DNA of 64,000 nt from IMGVR_UViG_3300018962_000001:140686-204685, one strand, 5' to 3'. Positions 19,039 to 26,881 are shown, counted from the stretch's first letter. Made by a program: numbers and translations. The notes: generated from the letters alone by a model not told the origin.

Positions 19039-19674
19039 ATGGCATCCAACATGATTCAAGCGACGGTTGAGATCCAGGGAACGAAGCCACTGTTGTGGCA
19101 CGCCTTTACGCCCGACAGCATTCCGGCGGACGGCAAGAAGGAAAAGACCGGGGTGGCGGGTAACGATCCCCAGGAATGGCGGCGATCCTTCCTGGCGGAT
19201 CACGAAGGCCGCTTGTTTGTGAACCCGGAATACATCTTCGGCTGCCTGCGCGATGGCGCGCGACACACCAAAAAAGGCCGTGGATCGATTATGTCGAATG
19301 TGGCGGCAACGCTTCAGATCGTGGACGAGCGGATCTACACCGATCGCTATTTCCCACGCAACGGCGCGACTGGCCCCTTTGATCCGGCATCGGCGGATCG
19401 CCCGCCGATCGAGATCACCGAGCCGGTTTATCTCGACGTGCGATCGGTGAAGAACCCGTCCACGAAAGGTCGGAACGTCCGCTACCGGGTGGCGGCGAGT
19501 CCAGGGTGGCGGGCGAGCTTTACGATTCTGTGGGACAAAACCATTGTCAGCCGCACCGAGATGGAGGCGGTCATTACTGATGCGGGCCGACTCGTCGGGC
19601 TGGGTGATGGCCGATCGATCGGCTTTGGTCGATTCATGGTGGTGCCAGGGTCCATCACGTTTACCGAGGTCTAG
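19039..19674 (+). CDS. Stand-alone RAMP/Cas7-like protein (211 aa), Vipr-like candidate
   Basis: N-terminal beta-strand VEIQGTKPLLWH and C-terminal glycine loop GRLVGLGDGRSIGFGRF characteristic of RAMPs; AAGGAG RBS at 19026 (alternative ATG 19036). Confidence 0.8.
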   Translation: MASNMIQATVEIQGTKPLLWHAFTPDSIPADGKKEKTGVAGNDPQEWRRSFLADHEGRLFVNPEYIFGCLRDGARHTKKGRGSIMSNVAATLQIVDERIYTDRYFPRNGATGPFDPASADRPPIEITEPVYLDVRSVKNPSTKGRNVRYRVAASPGWRASFTILWDKTIVSRTEMEAVITDAGRLVGLGDGRSIGFGRFMVVPGSITFTEV

Positions 19675-19684
19675 AGTCTTTCGA

Positions 19685-19743
19685 GGCGAGGCATGGTGAG
19701 GTGAGGTATGGGGTGGTTGGCGAGGTACGGCCTGGCAAGGAGT
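19685..19743 (+). ncRNA. GGY-NN pentamer tract between the RAMP and HNH genes
   Basis: GGCGA GGCAT GGTGA GGTGA GGTAT GGGGT GGTT GGCGA GGTAC GGCCT GGCAA GGAG; the end doubles as an RBS. Confidence 0.75.
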
Positions 19744-19749
19744 TTGAAC

Positions 19750-20067
19750 ATGGGCATGAAACGACAACCTCCGAAGATCTGGGAAGGAACCCGCAAACGA
19801 ATATTCGAACGCGATCGGGGGATCTGCCAATCTCCCCTGGCTCCACCCCTGTGTCAAGGGAAACGCGGCGAGTTAACGCTTGCCACGGCGCATATCGACC
19901 ACCGGCGAAGCGGTCGGTTTGGCACGAATGCGGATAGCAACCTCCGGGTGCTCTGCCGCGCGTGCCACGTCCTCCGCGACGATCCGCGCCACCGAGGCAT
20001 GATCGGCGGAGCCTTGCGCGACGGGATCATCCCTCCCCATTGGCGGGAGCTAACCTGGGGAGAGTAG
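19750..20067 (+). CDS. HNH endonuclease, 105 aa
   Basis: IFERDRGICQ..C...HIDH...G.N..SNLRVLCRACH; AAGGAG RBS 7 nt upstream. Confidence 0.85.
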   Translation: MGMKRQPPKIWEGTRKRIFERDRGICQSPLAPPLCQGKRGELTLATAHIDHRRSGRFGTNADSNLRVLCRACHVLRDDPRHRGMIGGALRDGIIPPHWRELTWGE

Positions 20068-20289
20068 ATGGGTCGTCCAAGGCACAGAACGGGTGCCGTG
20101 CGCCAGCTGCCGTGGCGCAGAGTCGTCACGGCAGCACGTGATGGCGGAATCATGGGGGCGGTGCTGGGAGGGGTGTTCTTTGGCCCTTCTGGCGCGCTGG
20201 TGACCAGCTTAGTAGGAGCGGTGGCAGCGGCGGCGGTTCGCTGGTATCGAAGCGTCAAGGCGAGAGGTCGCATGGGAAGGCATGGATGA
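20068..20289 (+). CDS. Small putative membrane protein, 73 aa
   Basis: Abuts the HNH stop; Gly-rich hydrophobic segment GAVLGGVFFGPSGALVTSLVGAVAAAAV. Confidence 0.55.
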   Translation: MGRPRHRTGAVRQLPWRRVVTAARDGGIMGAVLGGVFFGPSGALVTSLVGAVAAAAVRWYRSVKARGRMGRHG

Positions 20290-20640
20290 TCGTGGATCGA
20301 TCCCACTTCTCGGTTGGGCAAGCGAGGGTCTGGCAAGGACAGGCAAGGCTTGGCTCGGCAGGGTCGGGTTCGGCTGGGCAAGGATACTGGTGTTTCCAGT
20401 ACCATCGATTGGGTGTGGCGGGGCGGTGGTAGGGTGGGGCTTGGCTTGGTCCGGCACGGCAGGGATGATGGTGTCTCCATTCCACCTCATGGTCGGGCGA
20501 GGAGGGGCGAGGCAGGGCTAGGCGGGGCAAGGTGAGGCCCGGCAAGGTTCGGCACCGATCCTCGTGTCATCGAGGCCACCACGGGGTATGCCGAGGCGTG
20601 GTAAGGTGAGGCTAGGCTGCGGTGAGGTCCGGCGAGACGG
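20259..20640 (+). ncRNA. Downstream array of GGY-NN tracts (one degenerate plus four)
   Basis: Tracts at 20259-20288, 20312-20386, 20412-20467, 20491-20560 and 20585-20640, with TG-loop hairpins after the first four. Confidence 0.85.
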
Positions 20641-20642
20641 GG

Positions 20643-20673
20643 AACAGGACGGGTGCTGGTCACCCGTCCTGTT
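20643..20673. terminator. Hairpin at the convergence of the pentamer array and the tail chaperone genes
   Basis: AACAGGACGGGTG-CTGGT-CACCCGTCCTGTT perfect 13 bp stem. Confidence 0.75.
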
Positions 20674-21145
20674 GATTCTCCGGTGCCTGGTCGGCGAACT
20701 CATCAACCTTGTTGGCACGTTTGTAGGCTTGCCAGAAGGCTGACTGCATCGGCGGCGGCGGCGGCGGGGCGAATGGATCTTGATAGACCTTCTCAAACGG
20801 CGGCAGCGCCTGCGGTTTCTTGCCACCGAACGCGGGTCCAAGGACGCGGGCCAGGGCGGTTTCGAGGGCCATAATCTGACTCATTTGCTGGTCCCAGCGA
20901 TTCCGCGCGACCTGCTGGTACTCGCGATGGAGTCGCCGCCACCGCCAGCCCAGCACCTCCTCCAGGGGCAAATGCCGGGTTGCCACGATCTCGGTCACCA
21001 TGTCGTCGATCAGGGTGCCAATGGCTCCTATGATGTCGAAGGCGAGTTGACCACCGTTGCGCCAGCTGGTGGTGGAGTCTTGGCCGGTTGTTGATTGCGC
21101 TTGCCCCACAGCTCCACCGCTTGCCGGGCGAGCGTGAAGTTTCCC
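20660..21145 (-). CDS. Tail assembly chaperone, frameshifted C-terminal part (gpT-like)
   Basis: The -1 frame is open from the slippery site G GGA AAC (21145-21139) to the stop at 20660. Confidence 0.75.
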   Translation of the reverse strand, partial: GKLHARPASGGAVGQAQSTTGQDSTTSWRNGGQLAFDIIGAIGTLIDDMVTEIVATRHLPLEEVLGWRWRRLHREYQQVARNRWDQQMSQIMALETALARVLGPAFGGKKPQALPPFEKVYQDPFAPPPPPPMQSAFWQAYKRANKVDEFADQAPENQQDG

Positions 21146-21693
21146 AGTGCCGCTGCCAAGTCTTCGGACTGCCGGATGCGCCAGGCCAGTGCCTTCACAA
21201 TCGGCGCGACCTTTACATCGTCCTCCGACAGCTGCCGGAAAAACAACTCCGCCTCTTTCTTCTGGTGATCCTTGCCACCGAACAACACGATCGCGGCAAT
21301 CCGCAAAAAGTGTTGCACATTGATGGTTGCAAGCAAGGCGAAGATCGTGGCTTCAAATGGCTGCGCCGACTGGACCTTGCCGTTCACCAGCGCTGTAAAC
21401 GCACTGCCCAGCTGCCCGGCGAGGTATTTTTCAGCCCGCAACGACACGTCCCCAATCACATTACACAGTGCCAAGATCGCGTGAATATCGGGTTCTCCGA
21501 TCTCAAAGACTCGTCCGCCAAAGGTGACTCGATAGTCCACCACTTCCTCGACCACCGCCTCCGTAGGCCCGTCCTCGGCAGCTGGTGGAAACAAGGGTTC
21601 ATCGGGCGCAGCGATCGGTTCCGATCCCCAGAGCGATTGGTCGTTGGGCAAGGGAGCCTGGCCCCCCAGGTCGAAGCTATTGCCGTCTGCCAT
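21028..21693 (-). CDS. Tail assembly chaperone (gpG-like), 221 aa
   Basis: Follows the tail tube gene; contains an in-phase slippery heptamer. Confidence 0.8.
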   Translation of the reverse strand: MADGNSFDLGGQAPLPNDQSLWGSEPIAAPDEPLFPPAAEDGPTEAVVEEVVDYRVTFGGRVFEIGEPDIHAILALCNVIGDVSLRAEKYLAGQLGSAFTALVNGKVQSAQPFEATIFALLATINVQHFLRIAAIVLFGGKDHQKKEAELFFRQLSEDDVKVAPIVKALAWRIRQSEDLAAALGNFTLARQAVELWGKRNQQPAKTPPPAGATVVNSPSTS

Positions 21694-21705
21694 AGCGAAT
21701 CCTTC

Positions 21706-22371
21706 TTAGGTAAGCTCAAACAAGAGTCCGAAGTCCGAGCCGTCCGTGACGCCGGGATCGGGCAGGATGTTAAAGCTAAACTCGTTCGTGGTCGTGCCAC
21801 GCGATTGAATTTGGAAGTCTCCGGCGGAGGCGATCCGCGCTTTCCGCAAGAAGAACATGCGAATCTTGCCGGTCACATCATTTTGCTGGAGCACCACCAG
21901 CGGGCGCTCGATCAAGGCAGATGGCGCACCAAGCCCTACCCGTCGCTGCGCAGCGTTGGCGGGCGTCCCGCTCGGGTTTGCGGAAATCGCGGTGATCGCG
22001 CCGAGTGCCCACAACCATTTCATACGGTCGAGACTGGTATCCATACTGGTCCCGCCGAGCGTCATGGCAAAGTTATTCGGACGACCGCCGCGCAGCGGAT
22101 AATCGCGTTGATCGATATTGATGCCGTCTTGTATATCAAAGCTGCGACCGAGCGTAATTCCATCCTCACTGGTCGCCCCGAAGTCATGATAGCCATCTTC
22201 CAGGGCGTAGCTCGTCAGATTCAGGATGTCCTCAATGTAGCGCGGCACCGCCTGAGTCGGCACCGGCGTTTCCGGCGCGACCGCGGCATAAACGAGGCGT
22301 GCCCCGCCTTGCCAGATGCGCGCATCTGCGCTGGCATCAATACTAATGGCACTAACCAGTTGCGTTGCCAT
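21706..22371 (-). CDS. Major tail (tube) protein, 221 aa
   Basis: FGATSEDGITL...IDQ...MTLGGTSMDT pattern; position before the chaperones. Confidence 0.8.
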   Translation of the reverse strand: MATQLVSAISIDASADARIWQGGARLVYAAVAPETPVPTQAVPRYIEDILNLTSYALEDGYHDFGATSEDGITLGRSFDIQDGINIDQRDYPLRGGRPNNFAMTLGGTSMDTSLDRMKWLWALGAITAISANPSGTPANAAQRRVGLGAPSALIERPLVVLQQNDVTGKIRMFFLRKARIASAGDFQIQSRGTTTNEFSFNILPDPGVTDGSDFGLLFELT

Positions 22372-22384
22372 CTACTCCCTCCTT

Positions 22385-22894
22385 CTAGTCCGTTGAGTCG
22401 GTGCCACTGGTCCGACTTCCGCGACTTCCTGCACCAGTGGCACGGGGGGGAGTTCCAGGCGTGCTACCCGGTGTGGGATCGGCGGCGGTGCTCGTGTGGA
22501 CCGTACCGGGTGCGTCCACACCGCCCTGCCCAACGCTTCCGCCGCCGCCGTGTGGCGTGGTTGCGCCCGTCGTCAGCGCGGCCCCCGACTGGAGATGCGC
22601 ACTGATCTCCGCGGAGTAACGCTGCTCGGCAAGCCGCCGCTGTTTCGGCGACAACCCCCGCAGCGCTTCGTCCCGGCTGGGCGGCGGCGTCGCTTCCTTG
22701 ATGTGAAATTTAAAGTCAGGATGCCCGCGGAGATACTCGGCCATGTCGCCATCCACCGGAACGGCGACACCCCGCGCAAAGGTCAGGTCATCGATCTCGA
22801 CCGCATCGGCGTAAAAGTGTCGCCCGGCCACGAACTCAGCCAGGTAGCTTGTGGGCTGATCCTGGGTGGGCGCATCATCTTGCTGCTTTGGCAT
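22385..22894 (-). CDS. Hypothetical virion-module protein, 169 aa (MPKQQDD...)
   Basis: Start re-assigned to ATG 22894; operon packing. Confidence 0.65.
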   Translation of the reverse strand: MPKQQDDAPTQDQPTSYLAEFVAGRHFYADAVEIDDLTFARGVAVPVDGDMAEYLRGHPDFKFHIKEATPPPSRDEALRGLSPKQRRLAEQRYSAEISAHLQSGAALTTGATTPHGGGGSVGQGGVDAPGTVHTSTAADPTPGSTPGTPPRATGAGSRGSRTSGTDSTD

Positions 22895-22898
22895 CGCA

Positions 22899-23408
22899 TT
22901 ATCCCATCGTTCCCAGCGCATCGCGCGCCACCTGCCGCAAACGAGCGATCGTCTCGGCCTGCGTCCGCTGCCACGCGCGTTCAATAAATGGATTGGGCCG
23001 AGTACCGGGATGATTGACCTTCCGAAAGAAGTAGATCCCCCCGGTCCCAAACGGCGCATTCGGCCATTCAAACGCCAAGGCCCGGCCACGGCGCGATCGA
23101 ATGACGTGAGGCGGTGATCCTTCCACGACCAGCGGGATCAGATCGGCATGCGGGCCTTCGGCAATGATTTGTGCTTGTGCCCGACCTGGCCCGAGCGAAC
23201 GAATCCGATACGTGATCGAATCGGCCATGTGCGGATCGGCCCGATTCGCCTCAGTTCGCACACCGCGCGGCGCTTCGGCACGCAGCGCCTCCACGACTCG
23301 CTCGGCTTCTTCCCGCAGCCGTTGGATCTGGGCACGCTCTAAACTGCTGGAATACCGGGCATAGCGACCTTGCGCATCGCGGAGTCCCGTCGTCGTCAGG
23401 GTAATCAT
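22899..23408 (-). CDS. HK97 gp10-like neck/tail-completion protein
   Basis: APRG...MADSI...V.HPGTRPNPFIERAW motif; ATG 23408 overlaps the upstream stop. Confidence 0.75.
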   Translation of the reverse strand: MITLTTTGLRDAQGRYARYSSSLERAQIQRLREEAERVVEALRAEAPRGVRTEANRADPHMADSITYRIRSLGPGRAQAQIIAEGPHADLIPLVVEGSPPHVIRSRRGRALAFEWPNAPFGTGGIYFFRKVNHPGTRPNPFIERAWQRTQAETIARLRQVARDALGTMG

Positions 23409-23938
23409 CGCGTGTACCTCACTTGCAGGCCGATCGTGGTTGATCCTCCGGCGAGCAGGCCCAACTCCGCGCCAATGTTCGGGCCGGTGTCCGGGCGCAG
23501 GCTCGATGCTTGGCCTTCGTCCACCGGCGGCGTGATCGACATGATCTCGTAGGGCCAGCGTGGCTCTGCGGCGAGGATCGTTTCCAGCAGGGCTTCGCCA
23601 TACCGCCAGCCCATCAGGGTTGCTTCTCGTACAGTTGGTCCCAGGACCTGCCATTCCACCAGCACGCTGTGGAGCGCCAGCGCAATCTTCTGACTTGTCT
23701 GGCCCGGTAGCGGCGACCGAGGCGCAGCGATCACGGCTACGCGCGGAAAGTCGTCGATAAACAAATCCAGCACGTTCTCCCGAAAGCCGAACGTGATCTC
23801 GGCAGGCGGGGGGAGCACAATCGGCTCACGGGCTGCCCAGCGCGTTTGCACCGTGCTCAGCCAGGTAGGCAGATCCGCGCGAATGGCCTCCTCGACGGCC
23901 CGCGCCACATACTCGGTTTGCAGCGCTGGTGTTGCCAC
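23405..23938 (-). CDS. Putative tail terminator, 177 aa
   Basis: Synteny between head-tail and tube genes; DDFPRVAV motif. Confidence 0.55.
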   Translation of the reverse strand: MATPALQTEYVARAVEEAIRADLPTWLSTVQTRWAAREPIVLPPPAEITFGFRENVLDLFIDDFPRVAVIAAPRSPLPGQTSQKIALALHSVLVEWQVLGPTVREATLMGWRYGEALLETILAAEPRWPYEIMSITPPVDEGQASSLRPDTGPNIGAELGLLAGGSTTIGLQVRYTR

Positions 23939-24309
23939 TAGCTCGGTCCTCCTCGATTCCGGCGAAGATGAATGTCCAGGCGATACACGATCCCCATCCC
24001 ACCCTCGTCGTTGATTCGCCGGATACCATATTCGCCTTCTGTGACCATCCGATCATGCACAACCGTTGCTTTATCAGCGGTCGTGACCACGGGAATCCCG
24101 GTGGGAACGAGCGCTGCCGGAACGTACACCAAGAAATCCACATCATCATGATCGGGATCAGTCTGAATCACCGCCGCGAGATCCTGCCACTCCGGAATAG
24201 GCACCCAGGTTCGCGTTTCGTGAACAAAGCGCCAGATCGTGACCGTTCCATTAAACGCTTCGAGGTCTTGGAGCAGGCCGAGGGCATCCTCATCCGAAAT
24301 CAGGCCCAT
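23938..24309 (-). CDS. Putative head-closure (stopper) protein, 123 aa
   Basis: Synteny and size. Confidence 0.5.
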   Translation of the reverse strand: MGLISDEDALGLLQDLEAFNGTVTIWRFVHETRTWVPIPEWQDLAAVIQTDPDHDDVDFLVYVPAALVPTGIPVVTTADKATVVHDRMVTEGEYGIRRINDEGGMGIVYRLDIHLRRNRGGPS

Positions 24310-24797
24310 TCATCCTCCCGGACACCACCCAATGGGATCGGCGTCACGGACGCTTGGCGTCCGGCAACATGGTTGAGATGGATTAACGCCAGTTCCCAGG
24401 AGGCATCGGCTTCCACGATCAGGCCGCGCTGCTGCATGGCAACCGCTGCCCCATACACTTTGTTATCCAGCAGATCCTTAAGATGGGCGAAGGTTTGGGA
24501 TCGGGCCTTGCTCATCGCCAGCCCACCGCCCATTTGGACATTCACCTGCGGCACGGCCTTCCGAAGAAAGCGCAGCAGCGCGAAATAGGTCGCCGCCCAC
24601 TGCACGTCATCCACCGAGCTATAGTGCAGGCCGGGGATTAACTCAGCAGGCGGCGGATGAATTCCACTAAACAACCGCAGGGTTGCGTCGAGGACGGGCT
24701 TATAGCCATCGGGATCGTCGCGATCCGACAGCTTAAGTTCAGCAGTGACCGCTGAAAACTCATTCCGTAGCCAACTCAGCAATTCCCCACGTAGCAT
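24300..24797 (-). CDS. Putative head-tail adaptor, 165 aa
   Basis: Synteny; helical protein after the capsid genes. Confidence 0.55.
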   Translation of the reverse strand: MLRGELLSWLRNEFSAVTAELKLSDRDDPDGYKPVLDATLRLFSGIHPPPAELIPGLHYSSVDDVQWAATYFALLRFLRKAVPQVNVQMGGGLAMSKARSQTFAHLKDLLDNKVYGAAVAMQQRGLIVEADASWELALIHLNHVAGRQASVTPIPLGGVREDEWA

Positions 24798-25351
24798 TAG
24801 CGCCTCTGCTGCTTGGTCGCGATCGGGACGCCATCGGCGTCCACTTCCACGCCACCGACGATATAGACCGGGCCGCCAGGTCCAGCCTGGTCTAAGCCCA
24901 GCCCGGCCAGTTCCGCAGCGGCACTCGCCGCCTGGGCGGATCGCAGGATTGCCTCACTAATCACGATCTGGCCGCCGCCGTGGGCCGCCGCCGCCGCCGA
25001 CTGGGCTGCCTGAACATCCTGCGCCAACGTCCGTTCGCGCTGCGTTTGCTGCTGGATCGAGACCTGCGTGGTCGCCTGGGCTGCTTCCTCCGCGCGCGGC
25101 GCGCGCACTTCGCCCGTCGTTAGCTCTTTGCCATCCGGCGGATTCTGCGCCAAGGTGTCTGCGAGCGCCTGCTCCCGCGCCAAGCGTTCTTTTGTCGCCG
25201 CACGTAGCTCCTCGCGCCGGGCTTCCTGCTGCTCCTGTTCCTGGCGGGCTTGGGCCTCGGCGACCTCTTTCGTGGTCTGATCCGCGACCTTCGTGGCTTC
25301 CCGGTCCAGTGCCGCATCCCGCTTGGCCTGCTCGTCTTTCTTCTCAGCCAT
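24797..25351 (-). CDS. Hypothetical Ala/Glu/Gln-rich protein after the major capsid gene, 184 aa
   Basis: AAGGA RBS; coiled-coil-like composition. Confidence 0.7.
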   Translation of the reverse strand: MAEKKDEQAKRDAALDREATKVADQTTKEVAEAQARQEQEQQEARREELRAATKERLAREQALADTLAQNPPDGKELTTGEVRAPRAEEAAQATTQVSIQQQTQRERTLAQDVQAAQSAAAAAHGGGQIVISEAILRSAQAASAAAELAGLGLDQAGPGGPVYIVGGVEVDADGVPIATKQQRR

Positions 25352-25393
25352 GATCGGTTCCTTTATGCCGTGCGCCCGGAGGCGCGATTCGGC

Positions 25394-26455
25394 CTAGATC
25401 GTTGGAGCCGTATAGGTTGCGCCCCCAACATAGAGGACGGCCCCGTTCGTCCTATTCCAGACCCCGATCCCAAACTCCCTGTCCATCGTCTGGGCGCGCA
25501 GTGGATAGTGCTCGTGGTCGGCAGCAATCGTCAGATCCCCGGCGAGACCACCATCACGGGTGCGCAGCACCAGCGGTTTCAGCGGCGAGGCGGCATCGAA
25601 GCAGAAAAGGTAGCCGGATGGAACCCACGGCTTCACCCACACCTCCGCTGGCCCGAAGATCCCGATGGCGCGGTTATACATCGTGCCCATATCGAGAGTC
25701 CGACCCGGTGCGGTTCGCTCGTTGGCTCCCGGCTGAATCCGCATATCGAAATAGGGCGTGAAGTTCGAGAATGCCCGGAACGTGGCTTCCGACGCGCGAT
25801 TGATATACAGCCGGACCCCTACGCCAAACCCGTGCTCGACCACCGTCTCAACCACGTTCAGCGCTGCCGCTTCGGTCAGCGTGGTGGTTGCGAGGTAGTG
25901 GGTATGTGTGCTTGAATCAAACGGCTGCCCGTAGGGATCGTTGGGGATGGCCGTCCCATCCGCATTGACCAACGCCCGCAGCGGCACGTTGACGTTATCC
26001 ACCAACCGATCGATGTAGGCAAGGTTGTTCGTTGGGGTAAATAACGCACGCTTAATCTGCCGTTGGATATTCCGAATATCCGCCGTGCGGGCCGCGACAT
26101 ATTGTGCGTCCAGCTCGGCGACGGTTCGGTTCATCATGTAGAGTCGCGTCCATTGAATCGAGTACTGGAACAGGCGCATCGGAAAGCCCACGGTAACACC
26201 GGCGGCGATCTTCTGCGCGTCTGCCGTGCCGTACTCGTCAACTTCGACCATCTCGCCCTCGGCCACGCCACCGTAGCGGCGCTGGCGATCGACGGTCGGA
26301 TCGACCAGATCCCCGATCATTTCGCGCACAATCATATTGTGGGCATCGAGGTTGGCTTGAATCGCGGCGAACGCACGGTCCTCCCCAAACTGCGCAATCG
26401 TCTGATTGGCGGCCTGGGTGTCAAGGACCTGTAAGGTACCGTATGAGGTTGCCAT
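25394..26455 (-). CDS. Major capsid protein, 353 aa
   Basis: Size; position after scaffold and decoration genes; EVDEYG, FPMRLFQYSIQWT, REFGIGVWNR motifs consistent with an HK97-fold MCP. Confidence 0.85.
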   Translation of the reverse strand: MATSYGTLQVLDTQAANQTIAQFGEDRAFAAIQANLDAHNMIVREMIGDLVDPTVDRQRRYGGVAEGEMVEVDEYGTADAQKIAAGVTVGFPMRLFQYSIQWTRLYMMNRTVAELDAQYVAARTADIRNIQRQIKRALFTPTNNLAYIDRLVDNVNVPLRALVNADGTAIPNDPYGQPFDSSTHTHYLATTTLTEAAALNVVETVVEHGFGVGVRLYINRASEATFRAFSNFTPYFDMRIQPGANERTAPGRTLDMGTMYNRAIGIFGPAEVWVKPWVPSGYLFCFDAASPLKPLVLRTRDGGLAGDLTIAADHEHYPLRAQTMDREFGIGVWNRTNGAVLYVGGATYTAPTI

Positions 26456-26467
26456 TGCAGATCCTCC

Positions 26468-26866
26468 CTAGTATGAGCGCATCGTATGGATGCGCGTGCC
26501 GTCGAGCGTTCGTCCAACCGGCACGGTGCCACCCGTCGAGGCCACCGTATCATAGCCACCCGGCACCGTGCCGGACAGGTACAAGAAGATTCCGGGCGTT
26601 AGGCCCGCGCCATAGCGCACGTTCACATCGTAGTTCAACGTGCATGCTTCACCAATGGCCGCTGCCTGTAACGCCATACCGTCCACCACGGCGGCGGCAT
26701 TGGCCGCCGCCCCGGACGAGCGGTAGATCCGCCCGTCCACTGCGGAGATATAGCACAGGTCACCGGCAGCGATCGGCTCGCCTGCGATCAAGCCCGTATA
26801 GCGATTAACGGCGGGCGGGACCACATGCGAGAGGGTTGGAACCCCACTTTTCGCGATAGCAGCCAT
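26468..26866 (-). CDS. Capsid decoration/cement protein, 132 aa
   Basis: AGEPIAAGDLCYI...G.ALQAAAIGE...YLSGTVPG pattern; position between scaffold and MCP. Confidence 0.7.
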   Translation of the reverse strand: MAAIAKSGVPTLSHVVPPAVNRYTGLIAGEPIAAGDLCYISAVDGRIYRSSGAAANAAAVVDGMALQAAAIGEACTLNYDVNVRYGAGLTPGIFLYLSGTVPGGYDTVASTGGTVPVGRTLDGTRIHTMRSY

Positions 26867-26881
26867 AATGCTGAGACCTCA

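Noticed and set aside
18571-19090. Several ORF-track entries over the upstream array (e.g. 18571..18945, 18647..19090, 18661..18906)
   Set aside because: Pro/Arg/Gly-rich translations produced by the 5 nt repeats; no RBS support and no frame preference.
18625-20640. Calling the locus a CRISPR array or a canonical CRISPR-Cas system
   Set aside because: No identical 25-40 bp repeats with unique spacers and no other cas genes; variation is interleaved every 5 nt.
19854-20874. Minus- and plus-strand ORFs over the downstream array (e.g. 19854..20480, 20255..20545, 20282..20521)
   Set aside because: Same repeat artefact.
21088-22605. 505 aa plus-strand ORF
   Set aside because: Antisense shadow of the tail tube and chaperone genes, expected at high GC.
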